From the NCBI GenBank assembly GCA_965228475.1, contig OZ245817.1, positions 3,744,001 through 3,808,000 of the forward strand: a stretch of 64,000 nt of DNA. Direction: 5' to 3'. The translations under genes were made by a program, and so were the position numbers. This DNA comes from Myxococcota bacterium (GTDB taxonomy: Bacteria > Myxococcota_A > UBA9160 > JAFDDA01). This document shows positions 1 through 9,192 of this stretch, in pieces (the first letter of the stretch is position 1; every line of letters starts with the position of its first letter). The notes under the pieces are model-generated. The model did no database searches, had not been told where the DNA came from, and saw only the letters and a list, made by a program, of their open reading frames with translations.

Positions 1-86
1 CTTCACGTGCTCGGATTGCATGGCCCGAGGGTGCCACGCGGCGCGGAACACCCGCAAGCGCGACGGCCCGGCCCCGGATGCACGAA

Positions 87-113
87 GCCCCGCCAGCCGA
101 TGGCTGACGGGGC
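87..113 (-). terminator. Probable intrinsic terminator hairpin downstream of flagellin
   Basis: Minus strand reads GCCCCGTCAGCC-ATC-GGCTGGCGGGGC then TTCG, ~25 nt after the flagellin stop; the U-tail is short. Confidence 0.55.
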
Positions 114-137
114 CCGTGTTGCCTTTGCCGATTCGCC

Positions 138-956
138 CTAGAGCAGCGACAGGGCGATGGACGTGGACACGTTGGCCTGGGCCAGAACGCTCACGCCCGC
201 CTGCTGGAGCACCTGGGTGCGCGTCAGGCTCGCCGTCTCCGAAGCCACGTCGACGTCCCGGATGCGCGACTCGGCGGCCGAGAGGTTCTCGACGGCCGTC
301 GCGATCGAGCGCACGGTGGACTCGAGGCGGTTCTGCGTGGTACCGAAGGTCGCCCGCAGCGAAGCGACGCTCGCGATGGCGCTGTCGAGCACGCCGAGCG
401 CCGACTGGGCCGCCCCGGCCGAGGACACCGAGAGGCTCTGCACGCCGAGGCCCGAGGCCGTCGCCGTCACGCCGCTCACGGTGATCTGGTCCGAGGACGT
501 TCCGTTCGCACCGACCTGGAAGTTGATGCCCGAGGCGCCGGCCAGGATCGAGATGCCGTTGAACTCGGTCACCTGCGCGATCCGGTCGATCTCGGAGATC
601 AGGTCCGTCACTTCCTGGTTGAGCGACGACCGCTCGGCACTTCCGAGCGTTCCGTTGGACGCCTGAACCGCCAGCTCGCGGATGCGGATCAGGATGTTGC
701 CGGTCTCGTCCAGCGCACCTTCACCGATCTGAACGAGCGACACGGCGTCGAGCGCGTTGCGCTGCGCCTGCTCGAGGCTGCGAATCTCGGCGCGGAACGA
801 TTCCGAGATCGCGAGACCCGCCGCATCGTCGGCCGCCCGATTGATGCGCTGTCCCGAAGACAGACGCTCGAGCGAACGATTCAGGTTCGACGTCGTGTTG
901 GCGAGGTTTCGCTGCGCGTTCAGCGAAGCCACATTGGTATTGACTCGAAGCCCCAT
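138..956 (-). CDS. fliC: Flagellin, minimal 272 aa (D0/D1 domains, almost no hypervariable region)
   Basis: N-term MGLRVNTNVASLNAQRNL...LERLSSGQRINRAADDAAGLAIS; C-term QNRLE...AESRIRDVDVASETASLTRTQVLQQAGVSVLAQAN; GGAGGA RBS before ATG 956 (the track's 1271 start is over-extended). Confidence 0.97.
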   Translation of the reverse strand: MGLRVNTNVASLNAQRNLANTTSNLNRSLERLSSGQRINRAADDAAGLAISESFRAEIRSLEQAQRNALDAVSLVQIGEGALDETGNILIRIRELAVQASNGTLGSAERSSLNQEVTDLISEIDRIAQVTEFNGISILAGASGINFQVGANGTSSDQITVSGVTATASGLGVQSLSVSSAGAAQSALGVLDSAIASVASLRATFGTTQNRLESTVRSIATAVENLSAAESRIRDVDVASETASLTRTQVLQQAGVSVLAQANVSTSIALSLL

Positions 957-1048
957 GGGATCCTCCTTGCATGCCTTGCTTGGGGGGGAGGCACCTTCCC
1001 TGGCGCTCCCTGCATTCACGTCCGGCCAATCCGGATGTGGGGGGAAAG

Positions 1049-1064
1049 AGCAAGACGAGTGCCA
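1049..1064 (-). promoter_or_regulatory. Sigma-54 (-24/-12) promoter of flagellin
   Basis: Minus strand TGGCAC-TCGTC-TTGCT, an exact match to TGGCAC-N5-TTGCW, ~90 nt upstream of the ATG. Confidence 0.85.
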
Positions 1065-1269
1065 GACACCGCACCCCTCGATCCAGAAAGCCCAGCACGC
1101 ACGGACGGGTTTCAAGACGAAAGACGTAGGGCTTTCGATGCGCCGCAACTGCCTGGGAAACACACGCTTTTCGTCGTGCAGGCGGTGCGCGCGGAGGCGG
1201 CGGCCGCGTTTCGATCTGAACGATCGTGCAACCTGAAACGCAGGGGCTTCGGTGGTATGGTCGCGCGCC

Positions 1270-1968
1270 ATGAGCGACCTCCTCTCCTACGGCCTCCAAG
1301 ACGACGTCGCCGTCCTGCGCATGGACGACGGCAAGGCGAACGCCCTCTCCCACGCGATGATCGATGCGCTGCGCAAGGCGCTCGACCGCGCCGAGAGCGA
1401 GGCGGGCGCCGTAGCCCTGCTCGGCCGCCCGGGACGGCTCTCGGCAGGCTTCGATCTCTCGGTGATGAAGGACGGGCCCGACGCCGCGCGCGAGCTCGTC
1501 ACGGCCGGCGCGGAGCTGCTCCTGCGCCTCTACGAGTTCCCGCTGCCGACCGTCACCGGCGCGAGCGGACACGCCCTGGCGGCAGGAGCGCTCGTGCTGT
1601 GCGCATCCGACACCCGCATCGGCGCACGCGGCGACTTCAAGATCGGCCTGAACGAGACGGCGATCGGCATGGCGCTGCCGATCTTCGGCGTGGAGTTCGC
1701 ACGGGACCGGCTCTCGAAGCGGCACTTCACCGCAGCCGGCGTCCAGGCGCGCATCTACGACCCGGAAGGCGCCGTCGCCGCCGGCTACCTGGACCGCGTC
1801 GTCGATGCGGAAGAGCTCGAAGGGGCGGTGCTCGCCGAGGCGGGCGCGCTCGCGAAGCTCCCGCGCGGCGCCTATGCCGCGACGAAGCGCTCCTCGCGCC
1901 GCGCCACGATCGCCCACATTCGCGAGACCCTGGCCGAGGACATGGGCCGGATCTCGGGCGGGAACTGA
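1270..1968 (+). CDS. Crotonase/enoyl-CoA hydratase-isomerase family protein
   Basis: DDGKANAL, LSAGFDL, GHALAAGA and IGLNETAIG motifs; start at ATG 1270. Confidence 0.9.
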   Translation: MSDLLSYGLQDDVAVLRMDDGKANALSHAMIDALRKALDRAESEAGAVALLGRPGRLSAGFDLSVMKDGPDAARELVTAGAELLLRLYEFPLPTVTGASGHALAAGALVLCASDTRIGARGDFKIGLNETAIGMALPIFGVEFARDRLSKRHFTAAGVQARIYDPEGAVAAGYLDRVVDAEELEGAVLAEAGALAKLPRGAYAATKRSSRRATIAHIRETLAEDMGRISGGN

Positions 1969-2022
1969 TCCCGCCCGAGCCCCTGGTTGGCGGGCGCCGG
2001 AGCGCCCGCCTCGATCGCTGGC

Positions 2023-3129
<1,107 letters not shown>

Positions 3130-3154
3130 CGGGTCGGGCTCCTTCTTGGGGCGC

Positions 3155-3844
3155 TCACGCGGGCGACACGGCGGCAGCCCCGTTCGGGGCGCCGAGGTAG
3201 CTGAGAACGTTGCGGACGAGCTCGTCCGCGATCTCCGAGTCCGAGAGGACGCGCGCTCCCGCGCGCACCTCGCCGAACACGATCATCTGCTGCATGAATC
3301 CGAAGACGAGCTGGACGGCGAGATCCACCGCCAGCGCCGGATCCGGATGGCCGAACTCCTCGCGGCGTGCGTGGAGCAGCGAAACGAAGCGCGCCGAAGC
3401 ATCGCGGCGCAGGGCGCGGACTTCCTGCAGGGTGTCCGCAGTGCCCGTGGCGGCGCGGCCCATGAAGGCGACGAGCAGGGAGCGGCGGTCCTGGAAGACC
3501 TGGATCAGGGTCTCGATGCCGGCGCGAGCGATCTCCGGAATGCCGGCGCCGGCCCAGCGTCCGGGCGCGGCGATCTCGTCGAGCAGGTCGCGCATCTCGG
3601 CGAGGAAGCGCTCCTCGAGGGCGCGCAGCAGCTCGTCCTTGTCCTTGAAGCGGGCGTAGAAGCCGCCCACCGAAGAGCCGGCGCGGGCGACGATCTCCGG
3701 GACCGAGACGTCGGCGATGCCCTTCTCCGCGATCAGCGCCTCGGCCGCATCGAGCAGCCGCTGCAGCGTGGCCTCGCTACGGGCCTGCTTCGGCGCCGCG
3801 ACGGTGCGGAGCTGGGGCGGCTTGCGGGTGACGCGTCGGGACAT
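3155..3844 (-). CDS. TetR/AcrR family transcriptional regulator
   Basis: N-terminal HTH RLLDAAEALIAEKG...VPEIVARAGSSVGGFYARFKDKDELL. Confidence 0.92.
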   Translation of the reverse strand: MSRRVTRKPPQLRTVAAPKQARSEATLQRLLDAAEALIAEKGIADVSVPEIVARAGSSVGGFYARFKDKDELLRALEERFLAEMRDLLDEIAAPGRWAGAGIPEIARAGIETLIQVFQDRRSLLVAFMGRAATGTADTLQEVRALRRDASARFVSLLHARREEFGHPDPALAVDLAVQLVFGFMQQMIVFGEVRAGARVLSDSEIADELVRNVLSYLGAPNGAAAVSPA

Positions 3845-3861
3845 GGGACTTCCTGGCAAGC

Positions 3862-3910
3862 AGAATCAGAATCGGATTCTTATATAGCATCGGACGGCTG
3901 AAGCTGACAA
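3862..3910 (-). promoter_or_regulatory. Sigma-70-like promoter with adjacent palindromic operator for the TetR/di-iron operon
   Basis: Minus strand TTGTCA-N18-TATATA, immediately followed by the inverted repeat AGAATC-AGAATCG-GATTCT (3862-3880). Confidence 0.6.
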
Positions 3911-3941
3911 GATGCGGATAAACGTCAATTGAAACGAACGT

Positions 3942-5081
3942 TTACGGAGAGGTCTCGGCTGCGGCCTCGGGCGGCCCGGCCGAGGAGACTGCGGGAAGCG
4001 AGGCCGCAGCGGGCACCCAGACCAGGCTCGGAGCCGAAGCCGGCCGGAGCGGACGGGAAGCCGTCTCGGGGGTGGCGGCCCCTTCGCCCTGGTTCGTTTC
4101 GGCGTCGAAGTGGACCTGGCAGCGCAGGCCGGCGGGCAGACCGCGGTCGGGGTTGGGCAGATCGAGCTGGACGCCGAAGGTGCCGCTCGCGCCGTCGAGC
4201 ACCGGGTCCACGATGGCGACGCGCGCTTCGCGCTTCGCATCGAGCGGTGCCTCGGGCGTGATCTCGGCGCGGTCCCCCGGACGCATGCGCCCGAACCAGT
4301 CCGCCGGAAGGATCGCCTCCACGCGAAGCGGATCGATGCGGGCGATCTGGACGATCGTGTCGTCGTCGACCACTTCGCCGACGCCCCGGAGACGGTCGAT
4401 CACGACGCCGGAGACCGGCGCGCGAATCGTGCGGCGTTCTAGGTTGGCGCGGGCCTGCTCGAGCTGGAGGCCCGCGAGCCGGTGGTCTTCGCGTTCGCGC
4501 TCGAGTTCGAGCTCGGCGAGCTCGGCGTTCGCGCGGACTTCTTCCCGGGTGTCGAGGGAGAGGACGTCGCGCGAGAAGAGCTCCTCGGCGCGGTCGAGGC
4601 GCCGGCGGCTCAAGGCGAGCTGGGTCTGGCTCGCCGTGATTCCGTCGGTGCGCTCCGCCCGGGCCTGGGCGACGCGAAGGGCCGCCTCCTCGACGCTGGC
4701 TTCGAGCTTCGCAAGGACCTGGCCTTCTTCGACGTAGTCGCCGCGCTCCGCCGCGACCTCCGCGACCACACCGCTGACCGCGCTGCCGACGTCCACCATC
4801 TCGGTCGGCACGATCATGCAGTCGAAGGCACCGCCCTGCCCCGCCGCCGTCGACGCCGCCATCGATTGCGAGGGAGCCTGCCCGAGATCGTCGAGATCGA
4901 TTCCCGTCACCGTGCGCGGTTCGTCGGCCGTGCGCGCGACGGCCGGAGCGTTCTCCGGGACCGCCTCCTTGCGCGCAAAGCCCGGCATGAGCACGAGGCC
5001 GAAGCCGAGGAAGGCGGCCACGCCGCCGAGGGCCTTCAGGATCTGCTTGCGGCGGTCTTCTTTGGAAGTCGTCTCGTTCAT
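3942..5081 (-). CDS. HlyD/RND-type periplasmic adaptor (membrane fusion protein)
   Basis: N-terminal TM helix; GVVAEVAAERGDYVEEGQVLAKL lipoyl half-motif; coiled hairpin; TIRAPVSGVV; VDPVLDGASGTF. Confidence 0.9.
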   Translation of the reverse strand: MNETTSKEDRRKQILKALGGVAAFLGFGLVLMPGFARKEAVPENAPAVARTADEPRTVTGIDLDDLGQAPSQSMAASTAAGQGGAFDCMIVPTEMVDVGSAVSGVVAEVAAERGDYVEEGQVLAKLEASVEEAALRVAQARAERTDGITASQTQLALSRRRLDRAEELFSRDVLSLDTREEVRANAELAELELEREREDHRLAGLQLEQARANLERRTIRAPVSGVVIDRLRGVGEVVDDDTIVQIARIDPLRVEAILPADWFGRMRPGDRAEITPEAPLDAKREARVAIVDPVLDGASGTFGVQLDLPNPDRGLPAGLRCQVHFDAETNQGEGAATPETASRPLRPASAPSLVWVPAAASLPAVSSAGPPEAAAETSP

Positions 5082-5102
5082 CGCCCTGGCTCGCTTCTTC
5101 GT

Positions 5103-7064
5103 TCACTCCCCCTGGCCCGAGAAGGCGAGCAACGCGTCGAGCTTGCGCTCCGCGTCGAGCAACCTTCGGCGGACCCGGGGCCCCCTGCGCTCTTCGGCGC
5201 GACGGAGCCAGTGCGTGAATCTCAAAGTGAAAGACCCGATGCCGGGCAGCGCGAGGCATGCGGCGATGGCGATGCGAAAAACACGCGGCAAGTTCGGTGC
5301 AAGCAGATCGCCGTCGAGGGCGACGATCTGTTCGCAGCTGCCCGGGGTCCCCTGTCGGGCGCAGCGCCCGAAGAGCTGGCGGTCGATGCGCAGCGACTCC
5401 CCGAGCTCCGTGGCGACGACCGCGAGCCCGCCGCGCTCCGCGACGCCGGGGCCGAGCCGGATGTCCGTCCCGCGGCCGGCCATCCGGGTCGCAACCGTGA
5501 TCCGCCCCGCCTCGCCGGCGGTGGCCACGAGCCCGGCCTCCTCCCGGTCTTGAACGGCGTTGAGCACGCGATGTTCGAGGCCGGCCGCGCCGAGCCGCGC
5601 GCTCAGCGCCTCGGAGGAGGCCACGCTGCACGTGCCCACCAGGACGGGGCGATGCTCGGCCCGGAGCTCGGCCGCGCGCTCGACGACCGCCTCCCACTTG
5701 GCCGCCTCATCGGGTAGGACGCGCAGCCCCCGATCGACGCGCCGGGAGGGCAGCCGGGTCGGGACGGCGACGGTCCGCAGGCGGTAGACGTTCCAGAACT
5801 CCTGGGCGACCTCGCGGGCGGTGCCCGTCATCCCCGCCAGCCGCAGGTAGCGGCGGAAGAAGCGCTGGTAGCTGATGCGCGCGACGGTCTCGCGGCGGGG
5901 CGTCGGCACGAGTCCTTCGCGGACCTCGAGCAGGGCCTGGATGCCGCCTTCGAAGCTCCGGTCGGGCGCGCGGCGGCCGGTGGGCAGGTCGATGATCTGC
6001 AATGCGCCCTCGTGGACCACGTAGTGACGCCCCCGCTCGAAGCTCGTCTCGGCGCTCAGCGCGCGTTCGACCCACGCCTCGCGCACGCGGCGGAGGGCCA
6101 GCGGGCCGTCCCGTGAAGCCGCGAGGGCGTCGAGGCGTGCGCGGCCGGCGTCGAGCAGCTCGACCCGGCCGCGGTCCACGGTGAAGTCCCGGCCTTCCTC
6201 GAGGCTGCGCGCCAGGAAGAGCGCCGAGAGAACGAGCGTCTCGTCGACGTCGGGGCCGGGCCTCGAGAGCAAGAGGGGCGTGCGGGCGTCGTCGATCAGG
6301 ACGGCGTCGGCTTCGTCGACGATCGCGAAGCAGAGGCCGCGCAGCACGGTCTGGCCGGGAGCTTCGGCGCCGAATTGCCCTGCAGCGGTGCCCGCGACCC
6401 GGTCCTGGAGGTAGTCGAAGGCGACCTGCTTGTGCGTCACGTAGGTGACGTCGCAGGCATAGGCCTCCCGGCGCGCGGACCGCTCGGGTTCGCTCTCGAG
6501 GGCCGCGCCCGAGGACAGCCCGAGGCGGGCATAGAGCGGGGCCATGCTCTCGGCATCGCGACCCACGAGATAGTCGTTCGCGGTGATCACGTGGACGGGA
6601 ATGCCGGCGAGCCCGGCCAGCGCCGCGGGAAGGGTCGCCGTGAGCGTCTTGCCCTCGCCGGTCTCGAGCTCCGCCAGGCCCCCGGACATCATCACGCGGC
6701 CGCCGAAGAGCTGGACGTCGTAGTGAGGCGTGCCGAGGGTCCGGCGTGCGGCTTCGCGCACGAGGGCGAAGCCGCGCGGCACGAGAGAACGGTCGAGGCC
6801 GCCGCGGCGCAGGCGACGCCGCAGGTCCGTCACGCGAATGTCGAAGGCCGCATCGGCGAGAGCCTCGAGGCCCTTTGCTTCCGCGTCGACGGCGGCGGCG
6901 AAGGCCTCGATCTCGGAGCGCTTCGCCTGGCGCGGCACCGCCGCGAGCCCGCGAAACCGATGGGCCAGGCGGGCGAGCCACGGCTCCTCGCGGTCCGGGC
7001 GCTCGGGCGCCGGCCCCCGTACCACGCCCGGGCGATCCACGAGCTGCGGCGCTGCGTCAGACAC
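5103..7064 (-). CDS. Accessory SecA-like DEAD ATPase lacking the C-terminal scaffold/wing/two-helix-finger region
   Basis: ELETGEGKTL (Walker A), VHVITANDYL, IVDEADAVLIDDARTPL, GMTGTA, MAGRGTDI, QLFGRCARQG; only 653 aa, ending shortly after motif VI; GTG start overlaps the upstream stop. Confidence 0.9.
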   Translation of the reverse strand: MSDAAPQLVDRPGVVRGPAPERPDREEPWLARLAHRFRGLAAVPRQAKRSEIEAFAAAVDAEAKGLEALADAAFDIRVTDLRRRLRRGGLDRSLVPRGFALVREAARRTLGTPHYDVQLFGGRVMMSGGLAELETGEGKTLTATLPAALAGLAGIPVHVITANDYLVGRDAESMAPLYARLGLSSGAALESEPERSARREAYACDVTYVTHKQVAFDYLQDRVAGTAAGQFGAEAPGQTVLRGLCFAIVDEADAVLIDDARTPLLLSRPGPDVDETLVLSALFLARSLEEGRDFTVDRGRVELLDAGRARLDALAASRDGPLALRRVREAWVERALSAETSFERGRHYVVHEGALQIIDLPTGRRAPDRSFEGGIQALLEVREGLVPTPRRETVARISYQRFFRRYLRLAGMTGTAREVAQEFWNVYRLRTVAVPTRLPSRRVDRGLRVLPDEAAKWEAVVERAAELRAEHRPVLVGTCSVASSEALSARLGAAGLEHRVLNAVQDREEAGLVATAGEAGRITVATRMAGRGTDIRLGPGVAERGGLAVVATELGESLRIDRQLFGRCARQGTPGSCEQIVALDGDLLAPNLPRVFRIAIAACLALPGIGSFTLRFTHWLRRAEERRGPRVRRRLLDAERKLDALLAFSGQGE

Positions 7065-9192
7065 CGAGCTGTCTCAGCAGGAGACGCCGGAGCGAACGCC
7101 AGGCGCGGGGGCCGATCGGCTCGGCGCCGTGGTCGAAGCGGGCGTAGACGCGCTCGCCCGCGGCCACGGCGGCCCCGGCCGGCAGCGCCAGATCGAATTG
7201 GAAGACGGACTCGAGCGTTCGCAGGCCCTCGGGGTCCGACGGGTCCACGGCGAAGGGCCCGCCGCCGGCCGTCCCGAGCGCCGGGCTCGGCAGGCGATCC
7301 CGCGCGCCGGGCACCTGACGCTCGATGCGCGCCGGCAGGACCTGCGCCGGGTCGTGTGCCAGGCGCACCGTCACGGCGCGGGTCCGCTCCCGCAGGCGCC
7401 CTGCATCCTCCTGGGAGACCACGACGCGCGCGCTCGCCTCGGCGAGGTCGACGACGTAGGCCACGGTCTCGCCGCGAGCGACGCGGCGGCCCCGCAGCTC
7501 GGCCCGGTCGCGCGGAACGAACACGCCGGCAACTTCGGCCTGCACCCAGACCTGCCGCGCGCGTTCCCGCGCCCGGGCGAGCGCCGCTTCGGCCGCACGC
7601 AGACGCTCCCGAGCGATCGCGGCCTCGACCCGGTCGGCCCCGCGTGCCGCTTCGAGGCGGCGCGCGCTGATCTCGCGCTCGGCGCGGCGCGCCGCGACCT
7701 CCGCTTCGAGCGCCGCATCGCGGATGCGCAGCAGGCGGGTGCCCGCTTCGACCCTCGCGTGGGGCTCCGCCAGAACCTCGTCGACGAACCCGTCGACGCC
7801 GGCCCGGACGTGGGCCTGCTCGGGCAGCCAGACGACCCCCTCGCCCCGGGTCCGCAGCGGAAGCGGGAGCACGAAGAGGAGTACGAGCACCGCTGCGAGA
7901 GATCCGAAGCTCCCTGCGAGCACCCGGCCCCGCCGCTCCCCGGCAGCGGCGTCCGTCGCGAGGAACCTCACGAACGAAACCAGCGGCCGGCCGATCCGCG
8001 AGTAGACCGTGTAGAGCGCGAGCGTGACCCCGAGCGCGAAGAAGTGGCTCGCCAGGTAGAGGGCGATGGCGAGCATCACCGACACGCCGTAGACGTTCGC
8101 CGCGATCGCGTAGCCGACGAGCCAGCGCGCCTCCCCCGGCGCCGTCTCCGGGAGGGGGAGATCGCGCAGGCCGAGCAGGCGGCGGCGCGCCAGGATCTTC
8201 AGGTACTCGTTGGCGCGCTGGGCGAGGTTCGGGATCTCGAGGGCGTCGGCGAGCACGTGATAGCCGTCGAAGCGGAGCAGCGGGTTGCCGTTGAAGAGCA
8301 GCGTCGAGATTCCGCCGACCAGCATCACGGCGTAGGCCGCGTGGCGGACGGCGCCCGGCTCGACCGCCGCCCAGACGAGCATGGCAAGCGATGCGGCGAA
8401 GAGTTCCACCGCGATCCCCGCCCCGCCGACGATCATGCGGTGGCGCTTCTCGGGAAAGACCGAGGCGGCCGACGCGTCGACGTACGGCACCGGGACGAAC
8501 ACGAGGAAGAGGATGCCCATCTCCCGCACCTCGCCGCCCCAACGCTGCACGGCAAAGGCGTGGCCTAGCTCGTGGAAGAACTTCACGATCGGGTAGACAA
8601 ACCAGAACGCCACGAGGCTCTCGGGCTCGAGCAGCGAGCGGCCGGCTCCCGCCAGCTCGGGCGCGTGGCGCGCCGCCGAGACGCCACCGGCCACGAGAAC
8701 GGCCAGCCAGACCCAGGCGCCGGTTCGCGAGAAGATCGGCCGCGCGAGCCAGGCAAAGCGGTCGAGCGCGGCCTGGGGATCGACGAGCGGAACCCGGAAG
8801 GCGATCGGGTTGCGGCGACCGCGCCGCTCCTTGCGCAGCTCGTCGTCCGTCCGACGGAAGAGGACCGCGGTGTCCGAAGGGAGATCGCCGCGCAGGAGCC
8901 CCGCACCGTGGAGGGTGGCCAGGGCGGCGATCGCTTCGTCCTGGGTCGGCGCGTCGTCACCGAAACGTTCGATGCAGCCGAGCCATGCCGCGTCGATGCT
9001 GCGCTCGCCGTCGAGCGCCTCGGCCAGGGCGCGGACGGCGGGCGTCATGCGATGCACGCGGCCACTCGCCGGATCGCGCACGACCCACCAGACCTCGCCG
9101 CGGTAGCGGTGCCGATGGAAGCGCGCTTCGGCGGCGAGCCGGGGCCGGAGCTCGGCAACGCGGTACCAGGAGCTGCTCTCGAGCGGGTCCAT
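7057..9192 (-). CDS. M50 (site-2) intramembrane metalloprotease fused to an N-terminal PqqD/RRE-like domain and a C-terminal HlyD-like domain
   Basis: HELGH (HExxH) in a TM segment, NGNPLLRFDG (NxxPxxxxDG), several TMs; C-terminal VRAGVDGFVDEV...VEAG barrel-sandwich plus coiled coil. Confidence 0.88.
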   Translation of the reverse strand: MDPLESSSWYRVAELRPRLAAEARFHRHRYRGEVWWVVRDPASGRVHRMTPAVRALAEALDGERSIDAAWLGCIERFGDDAPTQDEAIAALATLHGAGLLRGDLPSDTAVLFRRTDDELRKERRGRRNPIAFRVPLVDPQAALDRFAWLARPIFSRTGAWVWLAVLVAGGVSAARHAPELAGAGRSLLEPESLVAFWFVYPIVKFFHELGHAFAVQRWGGEVREMGILFLVFVPVPYVDASAASVFPEKRHRMIVGGAGIAVELFAASLAMLVWAAVEPGAVRHAAYAVMLVGGISTLLFNGNPLLRFDGYHVLADALEIPNLAQRANEYLKILARRRLLGLRDLPLPETAPGEARWLVGYAIAANVYGVSVMLAIALYLASHFFALGVTLALYTVYSRIGRPLVSFVRFLATDAAAGERRGRVLAGSFGSLAAVLVLLFVLPLPLRTRGEGVVWLPEQAHVRAGVDGFVDEVLAEPHARVEAGTRLLRIRDAALEAEVAARRAEREISARRLEAARGADRVEAAIARERLRAAEAALARARERARQVWVQAEVAGVFVPRDRAELRGRRVARGETVAYVVDLAEASARVVVSQEDAGRLRERTRAVTVRLAHDPAQVLPARIERQVPGARDRLPSPALGTAGGGPFAVDPSDPEGLRTLESVFQFDLALPAGAAVAAGERVYARFDHGAEPIGPRAWRSLRRLLLRQLGV

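Noticed and set aside
960..1260. c-di-GMP riboswitch upstream of flagellin
   Set aside because: No recognisable GEMM core, and most of the region lies upstream of the sigma-54 start
5103..7064. Housekeeping secA
   Set aside because: Too short, lacks the C-terminal domains and sits in an MFP/M50 operon, so no gene symbol was assigned
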